From Octopus vulgaris (Eukaryota), in contig OX597815.1 in assembly GCA_951406725.2 (NCBI GenBank), forward strand, positions 106,082,001-106,146,000: a DNA stretch of 64,000 nucleotides, in the 5' to 3' direction. The translations under genes and the position numbers were made by a program. This document shows positions 1 to 13,400 of the stretch, piece after piece; the stretch's first letter is position 1; every line of letters begins with the position of its first letter. The notes under the pieces were generated by a model, which did no database searches, was not told the origin of the DNA, and saw nothing but the letters and a program-made list of their open reading frames with translations.

Positions 1-1117
1 ACCCAGACAGCTCAGTTCCTCTCCTTGTGCCACTTTTTATTGACATCCTTCCCTCATTTTTTCTTTCATCACTCCATTACTTTTATTTACCATTGTTTTA
101 CTATCATTTACCCAACTCTGGTTTAAATCCATCTCTCACTTTCCTTCAACTCTCTCGCAACCTTAACCCCTCCCTTCATCTCCCTATCACTTTTCCCTCC
201 ATCATTCTGCTATATACTGTATTATTCTGCTGATGTAAATAATGAAAAAAAGAGCCTGTTACTACATGTCATATCACCATTTCTGTACTGCATCTATCCC
301 TCAATCTCCTCTCACTCTCATGCTTTTGCAACCTTATCCGCTCTTCCTGATTCTTTTGTCTCCATGCTCTCTTCTACTCACCTTCTTGGACATGTTATCT
401 TGGGGGTATGTTTTGGCATCTCATCACCACCATATTTACCACTCTTTCTGGCACTACTCCAGCTACACCCACTAATGTAAAATGTGTGATAGTCATGAAT
501 TACCTCCACAACAATAAACCTGTATCTTCTCTTCCCATCTTACTTTAACCTCTCAACGCTTCACATAAAGCAACTGCCCATTCTTTCTCTCAAATGTGAA
601 TGCTCTTTAGTCCTGTGAGTTATGAGGGGATCTCACTATTACTGCTGCCATGCAGAAAGTACCTAGTGCATTCTGTAAAGTGGTTAATGTTAGGAAGTCA
701 TCCAACTGAAGTAATCATACCAAAACTGAGAGACTAGGGCAAGGCATTGTCTTCCAACCCATTGGATCCTGTCAAAACATCCAACCCAAACCAGCATAAA
801 AACAGATTTAAAAACGATTTTATTTAAATATATTCATCATCCTTTTTATTGATCTCTTTTCCATGCTTGCATGGTTCAGATTAAATTTGTTGAAGCATAT
901 TTCCAATAGCTAGATACCTTTCTTGTTGCCAACCTTCACCTATTCCTGAATAAGGTAACATTTCCTTATGGAATACACTTGTCCAATTACCAAGTCATGG
1001 TATTAATTCTGAAACTTGATGGTTGCAAAATTTGTGTGTGTGTGTGTGTGTATTGAATTTTGTATATGTTTGTACAAAATTATATAATTTATATTTTTAA
1101 ACTGTTCGATGTTGTAG

Positions 1118-1238
1118 ATTTTCAAGTGTATCTAAGAGAACAGCATTGGTTCCTAAGATAGAAAGATGTTATGTTAAAGTCTTCAATCATTATGCATCTG
1201 ACTTACTGGAACAATGTGATATTTTTCAGCAAAACAAG
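1118..1238 (+). CDS. Dynein heavy chain-like exon 1 in window (FSSVSKRTAL...DIFQQNK)
   Basis: ttgtag acceptor, AAG/gtgag donor, open frame, joins the ENPPMPRN exon as in the DHC_N1 consensus. Confidence 0.8.
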
Positions 1239-1290
1239 GTGAGCAACTATCTACTATTACATACAATTTACATAATTTAATATTTTGCTG

Positions 1291-1353
<63 letters not shown>

Positions 1354-4300
1354 ACATATATATATGTACATATATGCCTGTCTCCCTAAATGACCTTATT
1401 CTGTCTCCCTAAATGACTTATCATCATCAATTAGCATCCATTCTCCATGCTGTCATGAGTTGGGTGGTTTGACAGGAGCCATAGAACTGCACCAGGCTCC
1501 ATTGTCCGCTTTGGCATGGTTTCTACAGCTGGATGCCCTTCCTAAAGCCAACAGAGTGTGTTGATACTTTTTAGGTGGCATCAGCTCTGGTGCTCTTTAG
1601 ATGGCATCAGAACGTGCTTTTTTTTTTGTGGCACAAACACCAGTGGGGTCACCAAATACTTGCAATACAAAGCATTCTCAGCTGTAGAGGGAGCTGGCTT
1701 TTTGTGGAGTGCTGATTGAGAGGTTAAAGAATAATAAAGTGATAGAGATAGGAGTCTTACTATAGAGGTAATGCTTGACTATCCCGGTAGGAAAAGAAAG
1801 AAGAGAGATAGTTAGAGAGAAATAGATGATGGTGGAGATGTTTCAGGACATACCTACAGTGGAGGTGAATATAAGTGGTACAGAGGGATAGAGGGAAATG
1901 TTACATAAGAGTGTAAGGGGAGATGTTTAAAGATAGGGAAGAGGTGACTGTAGCAAGATGATGGTGAAATTGGATTAGCTGTGGTAGATATGTGAGAGCA
2001 TGGTGACTATGTGTGGTTAGGAACGTGAGACTGTAGGGGCATGCAGCAGGTGGTGATCATTTGGGGAAAATGAGTTGTGGGGGAGTTTTGATGGGGTGGA
2101 GGCATAAAGTACATCCATATATGACCTCAATTTTACTTAGTTTGACATGTTTTCTGAAGCACAGCAAATCACCAGTTGTCTCAGTCCCTTGTCATTTCCT
2201 CAAAAGCTTTGTACCTCATAACTCCCCATTGGCTAGTCCTTTTATTCATTTGTATATCATTTCATTTTATTCTATCTTATTTATTCATTCTTGTCATATT
2301 CATTTTATTTTTCAATTTTTTTTATTAATCCTATCCATCTTATTTTAATATATAAGTCACTTTACTTGAAAATGCCCTCTCACCCAAATGTAACCCATCA
2401 TAATTTACCTGTGAAGTTGACCACACCCCTGTCTTCTCTTCCTACATCCATCCCCTCTCTAGCAACCCTTTAATACTACTTCTCTAGCATACTATCCTAT
2501 TATAAATCTTCCCATACAGCCTTATCACTTCCCACATCTTCCCCACTTTACTTTTGCCCATGATATATGTGACTTATTCATCCATAAATCTTTTGTTGCC
2601 ACTCCCTGCACCTAACCTTATCCTTTCCTTACTTTCACCTCTACTACCTTCTCTTCCTCTCCAACAACACCATCTTCACTGGTTCCAATTATCATTCCTT
2701 TTTAGTAACTGACAGCTTCTCCTGTATTTCCATCCATCATATCTACTGCCTAAAATATTCCCTTTGTAATTCTCTATACATTGGTCAGATTGTATGACTC
2801 CTATTCAAGCACTTCTCTGAACTCCTTCAAGATATTCATCTCAGCAATAATTCTCCCATCTTATACCATTTCTAATTTAGGAATCATTCAACCTGGCATT
2901 TTTCTATATTCAACTTAACTCTGTACAATGGTTTTGGGATTCTCATGTCTGGCATAAACAAAAATTCATTCTCTCTTTCCCAACTACACTCTCTCTTGGC
3001 ACCAGTTGCCAAACTCATTTTCTTCAATACCCCATCACTACCTCACACGTATACATATATACACCTACATGCAACACTCAAGTGCCCACATACATCTTAT
3101 ACAATAAAACACACACACACAAACACAGTCTCTCTTTCTTTCTCTCTCTCTCTCTCTCTCTTCACACACACACATACATACACATTTTAGTATTTATAAA
3201 TTTAGCATGAATAAAATTGTCTTATACAAAGTTAACCCAAAGAGGAGTATCTGCTCTCATCTCGTTCTCAATTTTTGATTCACTGTCCTATCAGTTTACA
3301 TTTACATTTGCATATTCACTCAGTTTAACATATATAAAACACAAATCCTTTATTCAACTAAAGATCAGACCATAGAACTTACTATATGCACATTGTTTCT
3401 TTATTCTTTTTATTATTTTAATTTTGTGGAGAAGGAAAATCCTCCAATGCCTAGGAATTCTCCAAAAGTAGCTGGAACTATTCAATGGTGTAAATTCACT
3501 CTGAAGAAAATCAAATACCCCATGGAAATTTTAATGGACATTTGTGTAGTACAACAATTACCACATTTCTCTAATTTTGTAAAGATTTATAATGAAACAA
3601 TCACAACTATTCAAGACTTTGAGAGGAAAACAATTGGTAGTTGGATGAAAAATTTGGTAAATGTTGTTGATGGACTCAGTGCTGCTCTTCTCACTTACCA
3701 TCTTGAATCCAAAGAACTCCACATTAACATTGATCCAAGGTATGGAACAGTTTTTTTCTGGTTTTAAACCATTAGTAAATGTTTACTTTTCAAAATATTG
3801 TATTATAGTCTGGACATATGGAAGAGAGCAAGTACTGGTAAAATCTATATACTGTTGATGTTCAGCTTGAACACCTGTAGAAACAATATGATTAAGGAGA
3901 ATGATGCAGGACATTGCTGTTCTAAGGGGAAAGGGAGGAGAGAAGTGTTTCTTGTGGGAATTTAGGGATGAGAAACTGAAATAAAGATAAGAAGAGAGCT
4001 TTGATGGGGGTGGTATGGAATTTTCTTATTCACAGAAGTATGAATCATTTGTAGAAATAAAGGTTATCCATTCAACTGGATTTTCCTTTTTTGGAAAGGT
4101 AGTCTATAATCATCATCATTTAACATCTGCTTTCCATGCTAGCATGGGTTGGACAGTTTGACTGAGAACTGGTGATCTGGGAGGCTCACCAGGCTCCAAT
4201 CTGGATGCCATTCCTAACACCAGCCACTCTGAGAGTGTAGTGGGTGCTTTTTACATGCCACTGACATGGGTGCCAGTCAGGCAACTCTGGCATTGGCCAC

Positions 4301-7300
4301 ATTCAAATGATACTTTTTACATGCTACTAACAGGGGTGCCGGTCAGGTGGCACTGGCATTAGCCACGCTCAGTTGGTGCTTTTTACATGCCACTGGCGTG
4401 GGTGCCAGTCAGGCAACACTGGCATCAGCCATGACTATGATCTCTCTTGGCTTGACAGGTCTTCTCAAGCACAGCATATCTCCAATGGTCTCGGTCACTT
4501 GTCATTGCCTCTGTGAGGCCCTACATTTGAAGATCATGCTTCACCACCTCATCCCATGTCTTCCTGAATCTCCTCTTCCACTGTTAAAGTCTAGCACCTC
4601 TTCACATAGCTGTCCTCATCTATACGCATCACACAACCATGCTAGCACAGTCGTCTCTCTTGCACACCACATCTGATGCTTATTATGTCCAACTTTTCTC
4701 TCAAGGTGCTTACACTCTGTTGTGTATGCACACTGACATTACACATCCAGCGGAGCATACTAGCTTTATTTCTTGCAAGCTTACGCAATCCTCAGCAGTC
4801 CCGGCCCATGTTTCTCTGCCATGTAGAATAGCTATTCGCACACGTGTCATACAGTCTACCTTTTACTCTGAGCGAGAGGCTCTTTGTCACCAGCAGAAGT
4901 AGGAGCTCCCTGAACTTTGCCCAGGCTATTTTTATTCTAGCAGCTACACTCTCAGAAAACCCACCCCAATGTCTGACTTGGTTATCTAGGTAATGGAAGC
5001 TATCAGCTACTTCTAGTTTTCCCCCTTGACATGTGATGGAATCTATTTTCTGTACATTTTTGGTGGTTATTGTACCTGTGCACCTTCCACACATAAAAAC
5101 ATTATTCCTTATTAAAACTTCCTTTGATATTGCTGCACCTCCTATGTGTCCACAGCTTACACTGGGTACATCTTATGGAATTCCTACTTATGCCTTTTCT
5201 ACAGATCAAGCAGGGCTATCTATCTGAAGGGATTTGTGATTTGTTCACCTTCCTGCTTACTAATACGTTGGTTTTTGCTAGGTTAACTCTAAGGTTCCTC
5301 AATTCTAGACCTTGCTTCCACACCTCTAGTTCTGGTAGTGATTCCAAAGAAATCTAACCTCTGTGATGCTATTTGGATAATGTTATAGATATGTAGTCAA
5401 CACATGAGATCATTTTAGATTATGAGGCTTAATAAAGTAATCCTAGTTGTTAATTGGTTAGTGAAATTAATGACTTTGGTAGAATAAAGTGCGACCAAAC
5501 CATGATGTTTGTAACAAAACAAAATAAGTTTTAAAGCAGGTGATGGAAAACTGATCATGAAACATTCATGAAATAATTGCTACGATTTCAATGATGAAAT
5601 TTATCTCTAATCAATGAAAAATATATATTGACAGGTTACTAATTGCTATTGAAGAGACAAAATCAATGGTTAAAATGGGAGTTCCAATACCAAAAAATGC
5701 TAAAGCAATTCTTCTGCAAGAGGACAAATTAAAGAATTATAAAATGCATTTGGAATTGTGTATTCACGAATTCGATGAAACAAAAGGCATTTTGCCTAAA
5801 ATTTGGCAACAGTTATTCAAAGAACATTATTGCCAAATGTCAAGAGAATTCCAGCCAGGACTTAGCTCTTTATCTTGGAATAGCTTGAATATTGGTATGC
5901 ATTTTTGAATATTATTATTGGTCTTTGTTTCGTTTTTGCTTTTGTATTTTGCTTTTTCTTTTGTTTTGTTTCATGACCACAAAAATATATTTCATTTCCA
6001 ATTTAAATTTGCCATCATCAAAATTTTCTGGTTTCCACAAGATGTGTGTGTGTGTGTGTGTAGGGATACATGACTAAGGAAATATATTAAAAAAATCTTT
6101 AACAATAAAAGATTAAACTCAATCTCTTTAATATAATTTTGTGTGTGTATATAATTTATGTCTCTGTTTTACTGAAGTTAAGAACCTTCTTTCTCCTAGC
6201 TAGTGTAATCATCATCATCATTTTACATCCGTTGTCCATGCTGGCATGGGTTGGGCAGTTTGACCAGGGCTGGTAAGCTGGGTGGCTGCACCAGACTCCA
6301 GTCTGATTTGGCATGGTTTTCTACAGTTGGATGCCCTTCCTAATGCCAACCACTCCAAGAGTGTAATGGGTACCATTTGCATGACACCAATATCTGCTGT
6401 GACTGTGATTTTGCTCGATTTGATGGATCTTCTCAAGCACAACATAATGCCAAAGGTCTCGGTCATTGCCTCCATAAGGCCCAACAATGTTTTACATTAA
6501 TTGCATTCCTTTTCTCTCGCTAGCACTATATGACATAAGTGTTTAGTTAAATCTAAATACTAGCTGTGAACAATGAAGAAATGCACATATCCTTTTTCCT
6601 CAGTTTTTGAAACATTTTTTCTTTTCTCTGTTCGTCTCCTTCAGATGCATTTTTGTGCACAATACGATCTGCTGGCTACAAACTTAGGGACATGACACAT
6701 GGTGTCCATAAAATTATTTATAACCAAATTGATGAAGTTATTGAGCAGATAGAAGACATGTCTTTATTCTCAATGGATGAGTGTACTCTCAAGCATCAAG
6801 TAAGTCAACATAAATTATATTGGATCCCCCCAAAAATAATAGTTATTGGTTTTATAATCTTAATATTTTGGTGTTAAAAACTTGTATGTCAGTGTTATAA
6901 TCCATATTACTGGAGTTATAGTCCTGGTAGTTAGGGTCTATTTGTTTGTGATTATGATAATAGTTCAGGATTTATTTTAATTTTTTTGTCACAATTGTGA
7001 ACAATAGCATCATTACTTCCAGGTTTCAAAGTAGTGCACTGTATTTTTAGTTATGAAAAGGATAGGAGGAACATCTGTAAATTAAGGTAAAAATTTCAAA
7101 AGACTTGATTTATAAAATACCCAGCAAGTTATATATATATTCTGAGACTCCCTTCAGTCACTACACAGACCAAGGGATTGCACCTAGAAAGTTACCCTCC
7201 CAGGCACAAGTCTGGGCAAGGTTGTTTATAGAAGACCAGCAGTCACCCATGCATACCAGCCTCCCCTCTCCATGCCACCAGTGTTATCCAAGGGAAAGGC

Positions 7301-7416
7301 AATAACCGATACAGCTTGGCACCTGTGACATCACAACTCATTTCTACAGCTGAGTGAACTGGAGCAACGTGAAATAAAGTATCTTGCTCAAGAACACAAC
7401 ACACACTGAGCCATGT

Positions 7417-7486
<70 letters not shown>

Positions 7487-10400
7487 TGGGGGGAAATAAA
7501 TATTTGTACATGTCAAAATTCTTTATTTATCTAATTTCTAATGAACATAAATGGGATATACCAATACTATATTTGCATACACATGCATAAACTAACAATA
7601 TGCAAAAGAAACTAATAAATTATAGTTACTAAGGAATTTATATACAATTATAAATATTTAGGGGTGAAAAAAGTATTCATACAGAACATAAATAACTGAT
7701 AATTCTGATTTGATACTTCGTAGCATAACCATTATTCAGTTCCACTTCAACCAATCTCTTCTTGTAGTTTTTAATCAATGACTCGCATGTTTCTTTAGGA
7801 ATTTTTTCCCATTCTCCTTGACAAATTTTCTTCAAATCTGCAATGCACGTTGGGGCTCTTGAATGAATTTTAATTTTCAAATAACGCCACAAATTTTCCC
7901 TGGGGTTCATTCTAATAATTTTATATTGTGATCAACTATCCATTTTTTGGTAGACTTCACTGTGTGCTTAGGTTCATTATCCTGTTATAAATCCCACTCT
8001 TCACAAAGCTGGAGCTTTTCTACAGAGTCCCATAAATTATTGTTCAAAATATTTTGGTACATTTCTGCATTCATTCTACCATCTATCACATGTAAATTGC
8101 CAGTACCATTTGCAGATAAACACCCCCACACCATGATGTTGCCACCTCTAAACTTTATGGTAGGAATTATGTTTTTCGGCGAATAGGCAGTACCATCTTT
8201 CATCCAAACATGGCTACGCAAATTTCTTCCAAACAATTCAATTTTTGACTCGTCTGTCCATAGAACATTTTCCCAGAATGTATCAGGCCTATCTTTATGT
8301 TCATAAACAAATTTTAAACAGGCCATAACCAACATGTCTTGGAATATTTACGCTTACATCCCCAAAATAAATTTTCAGAATTTACCATATAAAAATGACA
8401 TTTGAAAAAATGGTGTTTCCTTTGTGGTTCAGTGTATATGTGTGTGTATGCATACATGTATGCATGTGTCAGCATACACACAAACACACACACACCACAA
8501 CAGGCTTCTGTACAGTACCTGCTACAAAATTCCACTAACAAGGTATTGGTTAACTTGAGGATAGGTTAAAAGTACTTGCCTATGGTGATACACAATGGGA
8601 TTGAAATCAAAATCCCATGATTGCAAAGTGAACCTTTGAACCAAATACCAATGTTTGTCTCTGGAATTAAATCTAGGTTATGGAATCTAAAATTTAAGTC
8701 AGTGGAAGTATACAAAGTTGTTTGGACTATAATGAGTGTTGCTGAGGTTATAATCAATATTGAGTTATAATCTAGGTTTTCATGGTTTATAACCTAAGTT
8801 ATTGAGGTTTTGGGGGTTATAATTTAGATGGTTATAATTTATAACCTAGACTGTTGGGAGTTATAATTTAGATTGTTTTATGAAAAAAAGAACTGAAGAG
8901 AGTACATTAATTTATAAAAATCCATCCATCATTAGTAATAAGATATACTCACGAAAATTTAGGTAAACAACTCTCCACGATATTGAATTTTAATGAATTT
9001 TTCATTAATATTTCAGCATTATGAAGATATTCAGAAAACCATGACCATGTCCATTGAGTTTCAAATTGATTCTCTGAATAATCATATTCACACAATGCAG
9101 AATGCGATACAAGACATCTTAGATATAGTGACTGCAACAAGAGTAAGTCATTTCATTAGAAATATTTCTTTTATAAATGTAAAATATCGTTAAAGAAAAT
9201 TCACTTAGAAATGTTTCTTACTGATTTTGTCTTTCATTCTTTCAAGGTCAATAAAATAAGTATTGTAGTTGATATAGCCTAATATATCCCTTCCCCAAAC
9301 TTTGTGGCCATCTGCATAGTTTAGAAATCATTATTAATATTATTATATGTTTTAACAGTTTTATGCGAGCATTTGTTACATCAGCTGAGCACACCTCCAT
9401 GTTTCCAGGTTTGTGTACTATTGTATTTTGGGGGTGCAATATGGTGTCTATATGTTGCAACTAATTTGTTGTGGAGTTTTGTTTGTTGTCTCGGGTGTTA
9501 TTTTAGTGTTTTGTTTGTTAGATGTGTAGACTTGTATGTTGTGCTATCATGTTGAATGTGTCTAGTTGCATAAGAGATGGGCTGTACTTAGCTGGGCTAA
9601 TTTTTAGATTGTCTGTGAAACCCTGATACAGTTTTTATGGTTTCCTTCATGTTCTTTATCATATATTGTGCCTAGTTATTATTGGTACCAGTTTTGTCCT
9701 CATATCAAATATCTTATTTTGTCCTCATACCAAATGTCATATTTCCATTTCAAGATCCTTGTACTGTAATATTTTACAGTTTTTTTTCATGTAATGTTTT
9801 TCTCAGAAGGTATCAAGAAGTATATCAAAGTACATTAATTTTTATTCCTGTCTTTGATACACAGAAATTGATAGCTAAATAAGGAGATACATACATAGAG
9901 ACAAATATGGAAAATGTGTGTAAAGTTAATGTGTTGGGCTAATGACCACATCATGCACAAATTTACTCTCTGTCTATATCTCTCCTTCTCAAATATATAT
10001 ATGTACAAATTTCTGGTGAAGGCAGCATGCATACACATTATGTCTATTAGAAAAGAAATTTTTGAATTACTTATTCTCTAAACAACGTACAACCTTAATT
10101 TTTTTCATCTCTACTTTAACAAATATTGTGAAGTCTATACTTTGCTTATATTGTTCTAATAAACATGTCTTGAGTTTTCACTACTTTTCTAAAAAATGAA
10201 AATATGAGGTTAAGTCAGAAAATAATGCAAATAAAAATTGCATTACTTTCTGACTCGCCCTCATAATATTAATCATTGACTAATAATATTGTTTGTTTCT
10301 TTTAATTAATTTGATAGCTAAATAATTAATTGATAGCTAAATAAGGAGATACATACATAGAGACAAATATGGAAAATGTGTGTAAAGTTAATGTGTTGGG

Positions 10401-13400
10401 CTAATGACCACATCATTAAGCAACCTAATTAATTTCAGTTAGCTTTTTACATTAAAAAAAATCACATCTTTTTTCTAAATCAAAAATCCCTCCAATTCTC
10501 TTCTAGATTTATCCATTGTAATCTTTTACACTAGACATATTTTGATAGTCTGTTGTCGTACAATGAAGAGAAATTCTCCTATTTTATGTTCATATTTATT
10601 AACTATGTTAACACTAATTTAACCAAATGGACATAGCCAAATAATCTAGTGGCCAACATTGCTGAGAAACTATGACCAAATCTCTTTTAATAATAAAGGA
10701 ACTGAATATGTGCTCCTTCATACAGGTTAGGGTAGCAAGTTACTCAGTCACATATGTTCATGTCAAATATTGTTCAATAATGAGCAGAAATCAAAAATGT
10801 TCAATGGGAACAGAATGTTTTGTAGTATTGTAAACTATCATTTCATTTGATGTTCTTTTCTATTGCAAGAGACAATTTTTTTTTTCCATTCAAGTCAACT
10901 TACATTTAATGGAATGAAATATATCATATCAGATATGACTTTAATTTATTTAATTCAGTTTTCTTTTCATTTTTCATTTTCATTTATAGAGTCTCCCATA
11001 TTCCTGTATTGCTCCTATTTCAATTTAATTTTGTCTTCAGTATGAAGTATTTAAGGGTCTATTAATTGCATTACATTATATACATTATGGAAAAAGAAAA
11101 ATATTTTGTCACAGAGAGAGGAAGGAAAGCTATGTGTTGAAAACATTTCACTAAGAAGAAGTCATTGTCCATAGTTCATTAGAAAGTGAGAATTGTACGC
11201 TTCTACAAAAATGGTCTTCATACACAAAAAAATATTTGAATATTTACCATTTTTATTTGGTTTTCCTATAAATTTACAAAATATATTTCATTTTGGTTCT
11301 GTTATAATTCATCTTTTTTCATCCTTTGCTTTAGATTTTACATTTCAATAGCTTGTAATTATATAACCCAAGCAAAGTTTCCTTTTTTATGTTCAAGTTA
11401 TTTCAAAACCCTTTTGTACACAGATTAGTCCAAAATATGGGTCAAAGGGTACAGCAGAAGACAAAGTGGATGCTGAAATTAATGAGATATTAGAGAAAGA
11501 CAAGAATCATTTATCAAAGAAGATAATTGGTAAGTATTGATTATAGAATGAATATAATAGATTTTCTGTGAGTAGTTCAATAAAATATGTCAGAATAAGT
11601 TTGTGTTGTAATGGAGAAGAGGAGTGTAATTATATTGAACTGATTTTCCCTGAGACAGACTATCACTTATCTCTTGAGAAATTAGTGTTTATTTTTTTTC
11701 TCTGTAAAACTAAATCAATAACAGTTATATATGAATAATGTTTAAATATTTCTGTTTGAGAATTTATATTCAATTCTTTACTCTTCAAATATATTTAGAT
11801 TTCCTGCAAAAATTATAAGAATTAGACGCTTGTAGTGACGTATCTGATTTCGATAGAAATAGTTCTGCTATCACTTTATCCTACATAATCTATTTCTGTC
11901 AGTGGTAGACACAAATATCCAACTCTATAAACAATCACCACCAGTGGTTAATATCATCATTACTATAATCATGACAAACACCACTATCATATAAGAACAT
12001 CACCATTGTTGTCAGTGTCATTGCCATCACTGCCACCAGTATTATGTTTACTATCAATGATCCATTGAAGAAGCCTTTACATAATTACTCAATAGGTATA
12101 GCAGCCATATCTTCTTCAAATAATACTCTTAAAACATATAGGGCACATTGGATAATGTGGGTCTAGATGCACTGCCTGAACAAGAGATGAGATGGTTGCG
12201 TCTTTGGTCATTAGTGTGTTTAATCACAGGTGGTCAAGGGTTAAACAATAATCTTTATCATTACTATCATCATGATTGTATTCATTGTCATCATTTTACT
12301 TTCCATGTTGACATAAAAATGGATTGTAAAATTGGGCATTTCCCTTCACTTGTCAGTTATTTCTTCTCATTCTAAGGTCTGATGAAATACATCATCCCAA
12401 GTGACCCTCTTCCCTCCATTCATATTTATTATTCCCTTTGTTTGGAAGAAGAGACTATATCTATGACTTTTGCAGGCCCTGTAAAAGCTGTATAATGTCA
12501 GTAAGATCTACTAGAGTGTCACAACACTAATTTCATTGGACCTTTCATCATCTATTCATCTCTCTCCCATCCTTACATACATGTGTGTGTATGACTATAG
12601 TATAATAAGTCTAAGTTGGTTACATAAAAACAAATCAAAATCAGTTCATCATCATACATTTATTGACACTTCAGAAAGAAATACAAACATGGTGGTCAAG
12701 TAGAAGTTGAAAAGGAAAAGAAAACAGCACTTATTTCACATCTTATAGGTGTATTGTTTTAGATAAAGAGAAATTTTTCTGTGTGATAAATGTGAATATA
12801 CTGGAGTGGTTAGCTTGTACAAGGACTAATCGATAAATATCCTGACTGTTGCCATAATAACAAAGCTAAAGCACCCAGAGAGAAGCTGATTCGCAAAGAT
12901 TAACCTTGAACTCTGCTGTGCATGTGCACTAAGTTTTAATGATCTAGCTCACTTCTGCTGTTTACAGTAGTGCTTAGAAAGAAGGTGTGTAGCATGTGAT
13001 CGTCACTTTGACCATGGCAGAGAAAGTTGTCATGGCAATACCTGCTCAGATGCCAATGCAAAGTTGCAGAAAGTGTATGGAGAAAAGTGTATGAGCCACA
13101 CATGAGTGTATGAGTGGTTCAGACATTTCCGAGATGGCCAAAAAACTGTCTTTTAATAAACATTCTGGGAGACCCGCAACCAGCAGAATTGTGAAAAACA
13201 TCACAGATGTGCAAGCAGCTGTGAGAGGAAATCGTTGAATCACCATCATAAGTTATCAGATGATGTGGAGATTAGTTATGGTTCAGTTCAGTCCATTATC
13301 ACTGAAGATTTGGGTATGAGTCACACATCTGCCAAGTTTGTGCCAAAACTACTTTCAGCTGACCAAAAAGGCACTCGAATTTCAGTTGCACAAGATCTCC

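Noticed and set aside
27-3190. Short ORFs in CT-rich, GA-rich and microsatellite DNA (and similar ORFs elsewhere)
   Set aside because: Low-complexity translations with no domain motifs and no splice support.
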